64,000 bases of DNA from the IMG/VR virus record IMGVR_UViG_3300027963_003549; one strand, written 5' to 3'. Positions 40,097 through 48,533 of this stretch are shown in pieces. The stretch's first letter is position 1; the number at the start of each line of letters is the position of its first letter. This DNA comes from an uncultured virus (IMG/VR IMGVR_UViG_3300027963_003549) (taxonomy: Duplodnaviria; Heunggongvirae; Uroviricota; Caudoviricetes). Under the pieces are notes generated by a model. That model did no database searches and had not been told where the DNA came from. It saw only the letters and a program-made list of their open reading frames with translations. The translations under genes and the position numbers were made by a program.

Positions 40097-41329
40097 TTAC
40101 AAAGTTTCTAAAAACCGAACCATTGATTCAAAATTATACAAATAGTCCTCAATTTCGTTAATATCTAATGTTCCAATTGACAACCTAAACCACCCTTTAT
40201 TTTCCTTACTTCCGAAATATTCAAACGGAACAATACCTATACCAAAGTTATCAATAATGAAATTCAAAAACTTTTCAGTTGTTGTAAATTCCAAAGACTT
40301 TTGAAGATAGATTGAGATGTAGATAGCTCCGTCAGGATTTAAATAATCCACACTAAATCCTTGTAATTTTAGATAACTCAAAAACTCGGTAAATTTGTCA
40401 AACACATCACCAAACTGATTTTTTCTGAGTGATAAGTATGATTTATACTCATTTTGGTTTTTTAAGTAATGTGCAACTGCAAGTTGTTCAGGTTTTGGAG
40501 CCCAAGCACCAATATGTGAAAAAATCTCAGTTGCTTTTTTAATTATTGGTTCATCCGCAAACATCCAACCAACACGAACACCAGTTGCACATAAAGATTT
40601 TGATATTCCGTCAATATGTATGACATATTTTTTACATTCAGGAACCAATTGTGTTGGAGCAAAAAAACCAACCTGTGACAATTCAGAATAAATCTGATCA
40701 AAAAATAAATAAACTTTTTTTCCGTCACCCCTACGCTCATTTTCATCAACAACTAATTCACAGATTTTCTTCAAAAGATCAGGTGACATAACCTTACCTG
40801 TCGGATTTTGAGGGGAACATAAACAAATCAATCGTGCATCCGAAATCTCGTTTTTAATGTCTTCCAACGTTGGAAAGAAGTCATTCTCAGGTTTTGTTTC
40901 AATAAAACAAGCATTTCCATTGTGTAATAATGAATAGTGGTTATTGTTCCAAGATGGTACAGGAATAACTACTTTATCCCCTTGATCCAAAATTGTTTTA
41001 TATAACAAGTAAATCAGTGGTCTAGCACCAGCACCAATCAAAACCTCTTCAGGTGAAAAATCAACACCATGTTCTTTTCTCATGTATAAAGAAATTTCCT
41101 CACGTAAGTCCAATTCACCTTTACCTAATGGGTAATTAGTTTTCTTCATAAAATAATACGAACCAATTAACTCTTCCAATTTTTTAGGAATCGGATACAC
41201 CTCAGAATCAAAATCACCAATGGTGTAGTTATAAACTTTTCTTGTCTTTGACATTTCTTTTAGTTTCTGTGCAATCTTAATGATCTCAGAACCAATAATG
41301 TTTTCTCCAAAATATGATAAATCTCCCAT
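40097..41329 (-). CDS. Class I/II PLP-dependent aminotransferase
   Basis: LCSPQNPTG, FDQIYSEL, DGISKSLCATGVRVGW and WFRLS motifs. Confidence 0.9.
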   Translation of the reverse strand: MGDLSYFGENIIGSEIIKIAQKLKEMSKTRKVYNYTIGDFDSEVYPIPKKLEELIGSYYFMKKTNYPLGKGELDLREEISLYMRKEHGVDFSPEEVLIGAGARPLIYLLYKTILDQGDKVVIPVPSWNNNHYSLLHNGNACFIETKPENDFFPTLEDIKNEISDARLICLCSPQNPTGKVMSPDLLKKICELVVDENERRGDGKKVYLFFDQIYSELSQVGFFAPTQLVPECKKYVIHIDGISKSLCATGVRVGWMFADEPIIKKATEIFSHIGAWAPKPEQLAVAHYLKNQNEYKSYLSLRKNQFGDVFDKFTEFLSYLKLQGFSVDYLNPDGAIYISIYLQKSLEFTTTEKFLNFIIDNFGIGIVPFEYFGSKENKGWFRLSIGTLDINEIEDYLYNFESMVRFLETL

Positions 41330-41395
41330 GTCACAAAGATAATAAAGAATTAATAATTTTACAACAAAAAAGTGGGGTTATTAGCCCCACTTTTA

Positions 41396-41644
41396 TTAAA
41401 TCACATCCCATTTGAAATCAGTTCCTTTTCGAGTCTTATCCACTCTTTTAACTTCATTTAAGACTTCCTCCTCAAACTTAATCCATTCGTCGGTACGATA
41501 TGTCATTTGTTTAAGAATAAACTCCTCAAAACATCCATCCCCACACTCATCGAAGGTAAAATATTTTTTCAAAACTTTATTTGAGATATCGTTAGTTTCA
41601 AAAGTTTTTTGAACCGAATAATTTAATACTTTCTTGAATTTCAT
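41396..41644 (-). CDS. hypothetical protein
   Basis: Starts MKFKKVLNYS at an ATG just after the dnaK stop. Confidence 0.6.
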   Translation of the reverse strand: MKFKKVLNYSVQKTFETNDISNKVLKKYFTFDECGDGCFEEFILKQMTYRTDEWIKFEEEVLNEVKRVDKTRKGTDFKWDVI

Positions 41645-41645
41645 A

Positions 41646-43505
41646 TTATTCCTCCGTTTTAACTTCTTCAAATTCAACATCCATTCCGTCGTCCTGTGGT
41701 TGTTCAGTTGTTTGAGAATACACCGATTGCATAATCTCATTAAACGTAGTTTGTAGAGTTTCCATTACAACTTTAACTTTTTGAATGTCACGATTTGCAA
41801 TATGGTCTTTTAGTTCTGTGAGATTATCCACCACTTTTTCTTTTTGATCAATTGTGATCTTTTCATCAAACTCTTTGATTGATTTCTCAATTTGGAAGAT
41901 CAAAGAATCGGCTTGGTTCATTACCTCAACTTCTTCTCGGATCTTTTTGTCTTCCTCGGCATTTGCTTCAGCCTCTGATTTCATCTTTTCAATCTCTTCT
42001 TTTGATAAACCAGTTGAAGACTCAATTCTAATTGTTTGTTGTTTATTAGTCCCTTTATCCATCGCAGATACTTTAATAATCCCGTTAGCATCAATATCAA
42101 AAGTAACCTCAATTTGTGGAATTCCTCTACCTGCCGGTGGGATACCATCCAAGTGGAAACGACCAATTGTTTTATTATCTTTCGCCATCGCTCTTTCACC
42201 CTGGAGAACGTGTATCTCAACTGATGGTTGGTTATCAACTGCGGTTGAGAATACCTGAGATTTCTTGGTAGGAATTGTTGTATTTGATTCAATCAATTTA
42301 GTGAATACTCCACCCATAGTCTCAATACCTAATGATAGTGGTGTAACATCAATCAACAATACATCTTTAACATCACCAGCCAATACACCACCTTGTACCG
42401 CAGCTCCCAAAGCAACAACCTCATCAGGATTAACACCTTTATTAGGTTCTTTACCAAAGAATTTCTTAACAGCTTCTTGAATTGCAGGAATACGAGTAGA
42501 TCCTCCAACCAAGATAATTTCATCAATATCAGATGTCATCAACTTAGCGTTTCTTAATGCGGTTTCACAAGGGGTAATGGTTCTTTTGATTAGATCATCA
42601 ACCAATTGTTCAAACTTGGATCTTGTCAATGTAATGTTCAAGTGAGACGGAACACCATCAATTGCGGTGATATAAGGTAAGTTAATATCAGTACTTGATG
42701 ATGAAGACAATTCAATCTTAGCCTTTTCTGCTGCTTCTTTCAAACGTTGATGTGCCATAGGATCTTTTGTTAGATCAAAACCACCATTTGATGATTTGAA
42801 CTCATCAACCAAATAGTTAACAATGGCTTGGTCAAAGTCATCACCACCCAAGTGAGTATCACCATCTGTTGATAATACCTCATAAACACCATCATTCAAA
42901 TCAAGGATTGACACATCGTGAGTACCACCACCACAGTCAAACACAACAATTTTCATTTCCTTATTTTGATTTAGACCATACGCCAAAGCGGCAGCCGTTG
43001 GTTCATTAACAATACGTAAAACCTTTAATCCAGCAATTTCACCCGCCTCCTTCGTTGCTTGACGTTGAGCGTCGTTAAAATACGCAGGAACGGTAATAAC
43101 CGCCTCAGTTACCTCTTGTCCCAAATAATCCTCGGCAGTTTGTTTCATCTTTTGAAGGATCATTGCTGATAATTCCTGTGGTGAGTATTTACAATCATCA
43201 ATCTCAACCCGAGGGGATCCTGATGAATTAACCACAGAATATGTAACATTCTTAATCTCTTTTTCAGATTCCTTGAATGTTGTTCCCATGAAACGTTTGA
43301 TTGATGAGATGGTTTTTTTCGGATTGGTTACCGCTTGACGTTTTGCCCCATCCCCAACTTTGCGATCACCATCTTTCATAAATGCAACAATTGATGGTGT
43401 TGTTCTTTTACCCTCGCTGTTCGCAATAACAACGGGTTGATTTCCTTCCATTACGGCAACGCACGAATTTGTTGTCCCTAAATCCACTCCAATAATTTTT
43501 CCCAT
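41646..43505 (-). CDS. dnaK: Hsp70 chaperone DnaK
   Basis: [45 protein letters not shown] and [15 protein letters not shown] motifs. Confidence 0.98.
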   Translation of the reverse strand: MGKIIGVDLGTTNSCVAVMEGNQPVVIANSEGKRTTPSIVAFMKDGDRKVGDGAKRQAVTNPKKTISSIKRFMGTTFKESEKEIKNVTYSVVNSSGSPRVEIDDCKYSPQELSAMILQKMKQTAEDYLGQEVTEAVITVPAYFNDAQRQATKEAGEIAGLKVLRIVNEPTAAALAYGLNQNKEMKIVVFDCGGGTHDVSILDLNDGVYEVLSTDGDTHLGGDDFDQAIVNYLVDEFKSSNGGFDLTKDPMAHQRLKEAAEKAKIELSSSSSTDINLPYITAIDGVPSHLNITLTRSKFEQLVDDLIKRTITPCETALRNAKLMTSDIDEIILVGGSTRIPAIQEAVKKFFGKEPNKGVNPDEVVALGAAVQGGVLAGDVKDVLLIDVTPLSLGIETMGGVFTKLIESNTTIPTKKSQVFSTAVDNQPSVEIHVLQGERAMAKDNKTIGRFHLDGIPPAGRGIPQIEVTFDIDANGIIKVSAMDKGTNKQQTIRIESSTGLSKEEIEKMKSEAEANAEEDKKIREEVEVMNQADSLIFQIEKSIKEFDEKITIDQKEKVVDNLTELKDHIANRDIQKVKVVMETLQTTFNEIMQSVYSQTTEQPQDDGMDVEFEEVKTEE

Positions 43506-43560
43506 AATAATTTAATTTTTATTTATCACAATCAAATTATATGCAAAAACAATCAATATG

Positions 43561-44070
43561 TCAAATTGTCACATTTAGGAATGTTAAAATACCATCATAA
43601 CCATAAAAATCCAAATAGTTATGTAATTTTGTTATAAATTCTTTTGGTTTGTTTTTCTTAACACCTGAAAGTATATCAAACCAATACCTTAAATAAATTT
43701 TAAGATTTTTCTCATCAATTAACCCAGTTTCCCCCAACACGATTAACTTATTTAAGTTATCCATATACTCATCAAATAAACCTCTAATCTTTGATTCCGT
43801 CACAGTAAAAACTGACCGATTATTATGAGTTTCCAAAGACGAAATTAAAATTTCATCAGTAATTGTTTCACCATCAATTTTACACTTATTCCAATCCAAC
43901 ATTTTATGAACCTTTTTGGTTGATTCCAAATTTTCAAAAAGTTCCAAACGTTCCAATAAGAACTTGTTTTTTTCCCACTTTTTATTTTCAGAATAATCCA
44001 ATACCCATTTTAATCCAACCGCAACGGCAGAAACCAAAGGTAACACTTCCAAAATTTTTTCAATAATCAT
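43561..44070 (-). CDS. hypothetical membrane-anchored protein
   Basis: N-terminal hydrophobic helix from ATG 44070. Confidence 0.65.
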   Translation of the reverse strand: MIIEKILEVLPLVSAVAVGLKWVLDYSENKKWEKNKFLLERLELFENLESTKKVHKMLDWNKCKIDGETITDEILISSLETHNNRSVFTVTESKIRGLFDEYMDNLNKLIVLGETGLIDEKNLKIYLRYWFDILSGVKKNKPKEFITKLHNYLDFYGYDGILTFLNVTI

Positions 44071-44116
44071 AATGGTAGGAATTAAAAAAACCCCATCCAT
44101 TGGTGGGGTTTGTCTA

Positions 44117-44671
44117 TTATTTAAACATACTTTCGTAAGATCTACAAAATTGTTTATTATGCTTATCCAATTTTGAATTAAGGACACTTAAGAAGTTTTT
44201 AGCGTCCAAGACTTTAACATTTTCAGTTTCATCACCAATTTGAACTTGTTGATCTTTAACCCAAGATATCTTTGTCTTTTCAGACGGAATACGTTCAACA
44301 TCAGTACTTTTAACATAAACTCTACCAAACGCATCTCCTAATGTACTTGTTTTTTGGTTACATGTGGCATATAGAGTAATACCATCTTTTGTTTTAATCT
44401 CCACATAAGAATCACCAGATCCGTCCGCAAAATATGTAACATTCGGTGACATAATACCCAATGGTGTCTTACTTCCTGGTGATGTTAATACATAATTTCC
44501 TGAAATAGATATATTTGTTGCCTTAGGAGTGTATATAGGATCATTAGGTGTTCCTGGTTTTACTTTATCCTTACCTCCAAACATTTTATCCATTTGTTCA
44601 TTCATAACACCTTTCTTAACATAAAGATTTCTGATTGAATTTCTCTCTGATTCATTTAATGTAAATCTCAT
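44117..44671 (-). CDS. hypothetical protein with shared N-terminal leader
   Basis: Starts MRFTLNESERNSIRNLYVKKGVMNEQ. Confidence 0.75.
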   Translation of the reverse strand: MRFTLNESERNSIRNLYVKKGVMNEQMDKMFGGKDKVKPGTPNDPIYTPKATNISISGNYVLTSPGSKTPLGIMSPNVTYFADGSGDSYVEIKTKDGITLYATCNQKTSTLGDAFGRVYVKSTDVERIPSEKTKISWVKDQQVQIGDETENVKVLDAKNFLSVLNSKLDKHNKQFCRSYESMFK

Positions 44672-44693
44672 AACTTTCTTTTTTTAATAAATA

Positions 44694-45812
44694 TTATAAC
44701 AATGATAATTCGTTCTCAATTTTCTGAGTAACATCCTCATTCGCCACATACCTCACTTCTTCCATAATTTGTTCATATACATCACCAAAATTTGTAATAC
44801 GATAAACATCATTTGGGGTTAATGATTGAAGAAATCTTTCCACATTTTCAATAGTAAGTTGTATATTGTTACTATCCAAATACATTCTAAGTGTTTCCTC
44901 GATATCAAAATAGAAAGTATAATTTGATAAATCCAAATTAAATGTCCCGTCATCGGGACCATTCTTTTCAACTCTGTTAATCGCCCATTCAACTTCCCAA
45001 TCACTGAATTTATAATCATCAAGAAAATCTCTAGGTCTAACATTTTCTATTGTTTCATACCAAATATCCTCCCACAATTCTTTTATATAATATTCCTTTT
45101 CAAACCTGTCTATAAGTTCATTTAAATTGTTCTCAATCCAATTTTCAATTAGTGGTCGGTGTTCGACAATCGTTAGTTCATCTTTACGGTCAAAACTAAT
45201 TGATTTTAACTTCTCGATGATTTCATTAAACTTTGGATGTGATTTTGGGTATGAATTATTTGATAACATATTACTTCTAACACATTTATTTAAAGCGTCA
45301 CACCAATCATCCAACCCGCTACCCGTTACGTGATATGAATACTTATATTGAGGATCATTCATTGGCTTATTTTTGAAAATCCAAATGAACTCAGTCCCTG
45401 TCTGATTATATCGATTCCAATTAGATGGTGTATCTTTACCCGCAGTACACCAGGTAGTTCCTGCACCATACTTACAACTAGCTTCCCAAGTCTTCGCTTG
45501 AACAATTAACAAGTCCTTATCCTCATATATCTTGACAGCATCTTTTTCTTTTTGCTTCCTAATAATATCATCCAAATCATTTTTTAACTCATCATAAGAA
45601 GAATATTTGGCAAAATCTCTCTTGGGTAATGACTTTTGTAGTTTTAACACATCATCCATAATGGACATAGCCATTTCAGGATTTCCGCTTTTTTTATTCG
45701 CCCAAGATATGTATAATTTTTTTGATTGGTCTGATTGTTCGTTAATAACACCCTTCATAATATAAAGGTCTCTAATTGAATTTCTTTCAGATTCATTTAA
45801 CGTAAATCTCAT
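44694..45812 (-). CDS. hypothetical protein with shared leader and PcfJ-like domain
   Basis: Starts MRFTLNESERNSIRDLYIMKGVINEQ; contains ASCKYGAGTTWCT. Confidence 0.75.
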   Translation of the reverse strand: MRFTLNESERNSIRDLYIMKGVINEQSDQSKKLYISWANKKSGNPEMAMSIMDDVLKLQKSLPKRDFAKYSSYDELKNDLDDIIRKQKEKDAVKIYEDKDLLIVQAKTWEASCKYGAGTTWCTAGKDTPSNWNRYNQTGTEFIWIFKNKPMNDPQYKYSYHVTGSGLDDWCDALNKCVRSNMLSNNSYPKSHPKFNEIIEKLKSISFDRKDELTIVEHRPLIENWIENNLNELIDRFEKEYYIKELWEDIWYETIENVRPRDFLDDYKFSDWEVEWAINRVEKNGPDDGTFNLDLSNYTFYFDIEETLRMYLDSNNIQLTIENVERFLQSLTPNDVYRITNFGDVYEQIMEEVRYVANEDVTQKIENELSLL

Positions 45813-45895
45813 AAAATTTTTTATAATAAATATCACATAAAATAAAAAACCCCACACTTATTAGATGTGGGGGTGTCGTATAGACATCTTGGTAA

Positions 45896-46111
45896 TTAAC
45901 GATAAGGTAAATACGTAAATACGTATTTTTTAATTCTCAAATATTTTTTATACCCAATCCTTTCAGAAAAGGTTAATGGTCTAATTTCAGTATTCTTCCA
46001 ATCAAAACCAATACCAAAGACCCTTATAAATCCAAAACCCATAGTATGGTAAATTGTGAAAATACTACAACCAAATAAACGAATGGCAAAATCAATCGGT
46101 GTGTATTTCAT
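45896..46111 (-). CDS. hypothetical protein
   Basis: Starts MKYTPIDFAIRLFG, just downstream of tRNA-Leu. Confidence 0.55.
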   Translation of the reverse strand: MKYTPIDFAIRLFGCSIFTIYHTMGFGFIRVFGIGFDWKNTEIRPLTFSERIGYKKYLRIKKYVFTYLPYR

Positions 46112-46126
46112 ATGTGTATTATTTAG

Positions 46127-46204
46127 TACCCCCTGAGAGACTCGAACTCTCACCCTAAGACATCGTTCTAAGCGATGTGCGTCTACCAATTCCGCCAAAG
46201 GGGC
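46127..46204 (-). tRNA. tRNA-Leu(TAG), short variable region
   Basis: GCCCCTT-TGGCGGAATTGGTAGACGC-A-CATCG-CTTAGAA-CGATG-TCTTAGGGT-GAGAGTTCGAGTCTCTC-AGGGGGT-A. Confidence 0.85.
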
Positions 46205-46229
46205 ATATTTCCCCACCTTGAGATTACAG

Positions 46230-46426
46230 ATGAGTAGTTATTTCGGTTTTTTCTGCTGTTCCAAAACCTGCGAGGCATCCCTCCTGAAAACAGTCAATCC
46301 TTACTTGGAGGAGAGCGGATAAGCTAACCTTGATTCCAATGTGTAGTCATTAAAGCTGATACTACAAATCACCATCCATTGTTAAATGAGTCTTGGATTA
46401 AAGACTGCTGAGTATCTCCTACTCAT
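46230..46426 (-). ncRNA. Candidate structured ncRNA (about 200 nt)
   Basis: Closed by ATGAGTAG/CTACTCAT, with several internal hairpins and a possible TAATCC/GGATTG pseudoknot. Confidence 0.5.
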
Positions 46427-46428
46427 TG

Positions 46429-46518
46429 TGGTCAGGACAGGATTCGAACCTGTAGTGTGGTTTTAGAACTTTCAGGGGTCTTCCCACATTGTGACGGATA
46501 CCATTCCGACACCTGACT
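46429..46518 (-). ncRNA. tRNA-like element 1
   Basis: AGTCAGG-TGTCGGAATGGTA...ACAGGTTCGAATCCTGT-CCTGACC-A; no canonical anticodon arm. Confidence 0.75.
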
Positions 46519-46540
46519 ATTTTTACCACATGTAGTGGTT

Positions 46541-46617
46541 TGGCGGTTCGTATGGGAATCGAACCCATGACCTTCGCAGTGACAGTGCGATATTGTAACC
46601 AACTCTACTAACGAACC
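46541..46617 (-). tRNA. tRNA-Asp(GTC)
   Basis: Anticodon arm TCGCA-CTGTCAC-TGCGA; CCA encoded. Confidence 0.92.
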
Positions 46618-46625
46618 TTTCAAGG

Positions 46626-46699
46626 CACTCCGTACGGGACTCGAACCCGTAAGCTCCCGCGTGAAAGGCGGGTGTCCTAACCAATTAGACGAACGGAGC
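46626..46699 (-). tRNA. tRNA-Glu(TTC)
   Basis: Anticodon arm CCCGC-CTTTCAC-GCGGG. Confidence 0.92.
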
Positions 46700-46780
46700 A
46701 TTTTGGGTGTAGCTGTTTTAAGAGAACCTCAACTCATACAACAGGTGCGCTACCTTGGCTTTTAACCTACACTCCTTTTG

Positions 46781-46892
46781 TAGTCAGGACAGGATTCGAA
46801 CCTGCATTTATATATGTTTGTGACCTCGACTGCCGTTGTATCCTCAAACTAAATCACCTGCCGATGTGCGTTTACCGTTTCGCCACCTGACT
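46781..46892 (-). ncRNA. tRNA-like element 2
   Basis: AGTCAGG-TGGCGAAACGGTAAACGC-[unique centre]-GCAGGTTCGAATCCTGT-CCTGACT-A. Confidence 0.8.
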
Positions 46893-46901
46893 ATATTTTG
46901 A

Positions 46902-47027
46902 AAAGATATGTGGTGTCGCTCCACTGTCTCTACAACCTAAAGATTTCGCTCAGAAGGAGTTTCTAGAATTATTACTCGTTCCGTACTATTCCGAATTGCT
47001 AACAACACCTTTTAAGTGCATATCTTT
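46902..47027 (-). ncRNA. Candidate structured ncRNA (about 125 nt)
   Basis: AAAGATATG/CATATCTTT outer stem plus GGTGTTG/CGACACC inner stem. Confidence 0.4.
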
Positions 47028-47028
47028 G

Positions 47029-47130
47029 TAGTCAGGACAGGATTCGAACCTGTATGAGATGGTCAAAGCTTTCGCTACATCTTACGTGGAACTTTGCGGG
47101 CTCCTGCGTCTACCATTCCGCCACCTGACT
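47029..47130 (-). ncRNA. tRNA-like element 3
   Basis: Same acceptor, D and T arms; GGAGC-CCGCAAA-GTTCC pseudo-anticodon arm (GCA with C33) and an oversized variable arm. Confidence 0.8.
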
Positions 47131-47135
47131 ATATT

Positions 47136-47235
47136 GAGGATGAGAAGTCCTCTGTGTTGTAGTGTACGATTATGTTTTCCATAATTCAAGTAATGTCACT
47201 CATCTTTATATCTCCTTTCTCAAGGGAACAACACA
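47136..47235 (-). ncRNA. Candidate structured ncRNA (about 100 nt) with kissing loop or pseudoknot
   Basis: TGTGTTGT/ACAACACA stem; TGAGAA loop region is complementary to the TTCTCA loop of the 3' GAGGA/TCCTC hairpin. Confidence 0.5.
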
Positions 47236-47352
47236 TTTGTTGTTATCGTCTTATAATTACCAAGAAGTCAAAGAACTTAAACCATTTCTGATTTGTTTTA
47301 CAAAGATACGGAAGAATTTTTAATTTCCAAATCTTTTTTTACTTTTTTTTTG

Positions 47353-47461
47353 TAGTCAGGACAGGACTCGAACCTGTATGCACGTCTACAATAATGGAGC
47401 TCTGTTTCAAGCGTGTCTAATTAGACCTATCATTATACGTCTACCATTCCGCCACCTGACT
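47353..47461 (-). ncRNA. tRNA-like element 4
   Basis: Same acceptor, D and T arms; a TAATG/CATTA stem encloses two hairpins in place of an anticodon loop. Confidence 0.8.
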
Positions 47462-47470
47462 GTTTTAACT

Positions 47471-47749
47471 TTATTTAATAATTGATAAGATTTTACCTAA
47501 AAAAGATTTTTTTGGTTCAACTTTAGTTGGTGTAGAGATATTATTCCAACCCCTCACGTCTTTATCATACTGGTACTGAAATGATTGTAGGTAAATACCA
47601 TGTAAGTGTGTTGGGACATTACTAAAATCAGCAACAACTTTTACTGAAAGTTCTGTACCAGTTCCAAGTATTTCGATGGAATTATTGATAGTTACTTCAT
47701 TACTACCTTTGATAGTGAATGTATTATTTGAGTCTAACGATAGGTTCAT
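47471..47749 (-). CDS. hypothetical protein between tRNA-like elements 5 and 4
   Basis: 92-aa ORF. Confidence 0.65.
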   Translation of the reverse strand: MNLSLDSNNTFTIKGSNEVTINNSIEILGTGTELSVKVVADFSNVPTHLHGIYLQSFQYQYDKDVRGWNNISTPTKVEPKKSFLGKILSIIK

Positions 47750-47786
47750 TTGATTTTTAAGAATTTGGTTTTACTTTAATAATTTG

Positions 47787-47890
47787 TAGTCAGGACAGGA
47801 TTCGAACCTGTATGATGAATTTTGAGAGAATTTCGTTGTACTTCCTATTTCATCTACTCTATATAGCGTCTACCATTCCGCCACCTGACT
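47787..47890 (-). ncRNA. tRNA-like element 5
   Basis: Same acceptor, D and T arms; unique centre with a GATGAA/TTCATC stem. Confidence 0.8.
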
Positions 47891-47897
47891 ATTGAAT

Positions 47898-48092
47898 TTA
47901 TAGTGTTTGTTTTTTCAACCAAATCCAATACTGAGTTTCGTAATCTACTTTATCAATACTAAAGGAAGGTAGATATTGACTTAGATAATTTTGTTGTTCT
48001 TCGTTGGATAATCCATCCCACCATCTAACAGCCAATTCACGATCAGTCAATTGAACTCCGATGTCTGATTTAAGTTTAATTAAGTTTTCCAT
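47898..48092 (-). CDS. hypothetical protein
   Basis: Starts MENLIKLK downstream of the duplicated promoter module. Confidence 0.6.
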   Translation of the reverse strand: MENLIKLKSDIGVQLTDRELAVRWWDGLSNEEQQNYLSQYLPSFSIDKVDYETQYWIWLKKQTL

Positions 48093-48097
48093 AACCA

Positions 48098-48517
48098 TTT
48101 TGTTTATCACACCACAAAGATACTACTAAAATTTAATCCACCAAATTTTTTATTTTATTTTTTATCGAATGCTGCTACTATACTAATCCAGGTTGCCACC
48201 TGTTGTGGTGTTTGATGACCAAGCACCATCTCTCCGTCTTCAAACGTGTACCAATCACCTTTCCAAGTGTCTCCTGACCAAATGGCTATCTCTGCATCAC
48301 TACTTTGCACGACATTTAGACCCTTAGCGAAGTCGAAACCATCAGGATGTTGATAGTTATCACAGTAGTTACCATATCCGAATTGAACACTAATTGTCCA
48401 TCCGTTTTCAAACACCATTTGGAACCCTTTGTTTCCTGTTGCTCTAAATTCACTCATAACCTGTTTTGTTTATCACACCACAAAGATACTACTAAAATTT
48501 AATTCACCAAATTTTTT
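48098..48517 (-). repeat. Duplicated 54-bp promoter module (2 copies, 1 mismatch)
   Basis: TTTTGTTTATCACACCACAAAGATACTACTAAAATTTAAT[C/T]CACCAAATTTTTT at 48098-48151 and 48464-48517; contains TTTG and TATCTTTG on the minus strand. Confidence 0.85.
48155..48457 (-). CDS. hypothetical protein
   Basis: FENGWTISVQFG..NYC; a common small phage protein type. Confidence 0.75.
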   Translation of the reverse strand: MSEFRATGNKGFQMVFENGWTISVQFGYGNYCDNYQHPDGFDFAKGLNVVQSSDAEIAIWSGDTWKGDWYTFEDGEMVLGHQTPQQVATWISIVAAFDKK

Positions 48518-48533
48518 TTCAAAAAAAGTTGTT

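Noticed and set aside
33256..43505. Bacterial chromosome or host contamination (clpC, dnaK, aminotransferase, ssrA)
   Set aside because: These genes are interleaved with phage-leader genes, share the phage base composition, and lack their usual operon partners
46432..46701. 89-aa ORF from the ORF track
   Set aside because: It overlaps tRNA-Glu, tRNA-Asp and tRNA-like element 1, so it is a shadow ORF
46429..47890. CRISPR array interpretation of the repeated AGTCAGGACAGGATTCGAACCTG units
   Set aside because: The repeats come as paired tRNA halves containing TTCGAAT, spacing is irregular, and no cas genes were recognised
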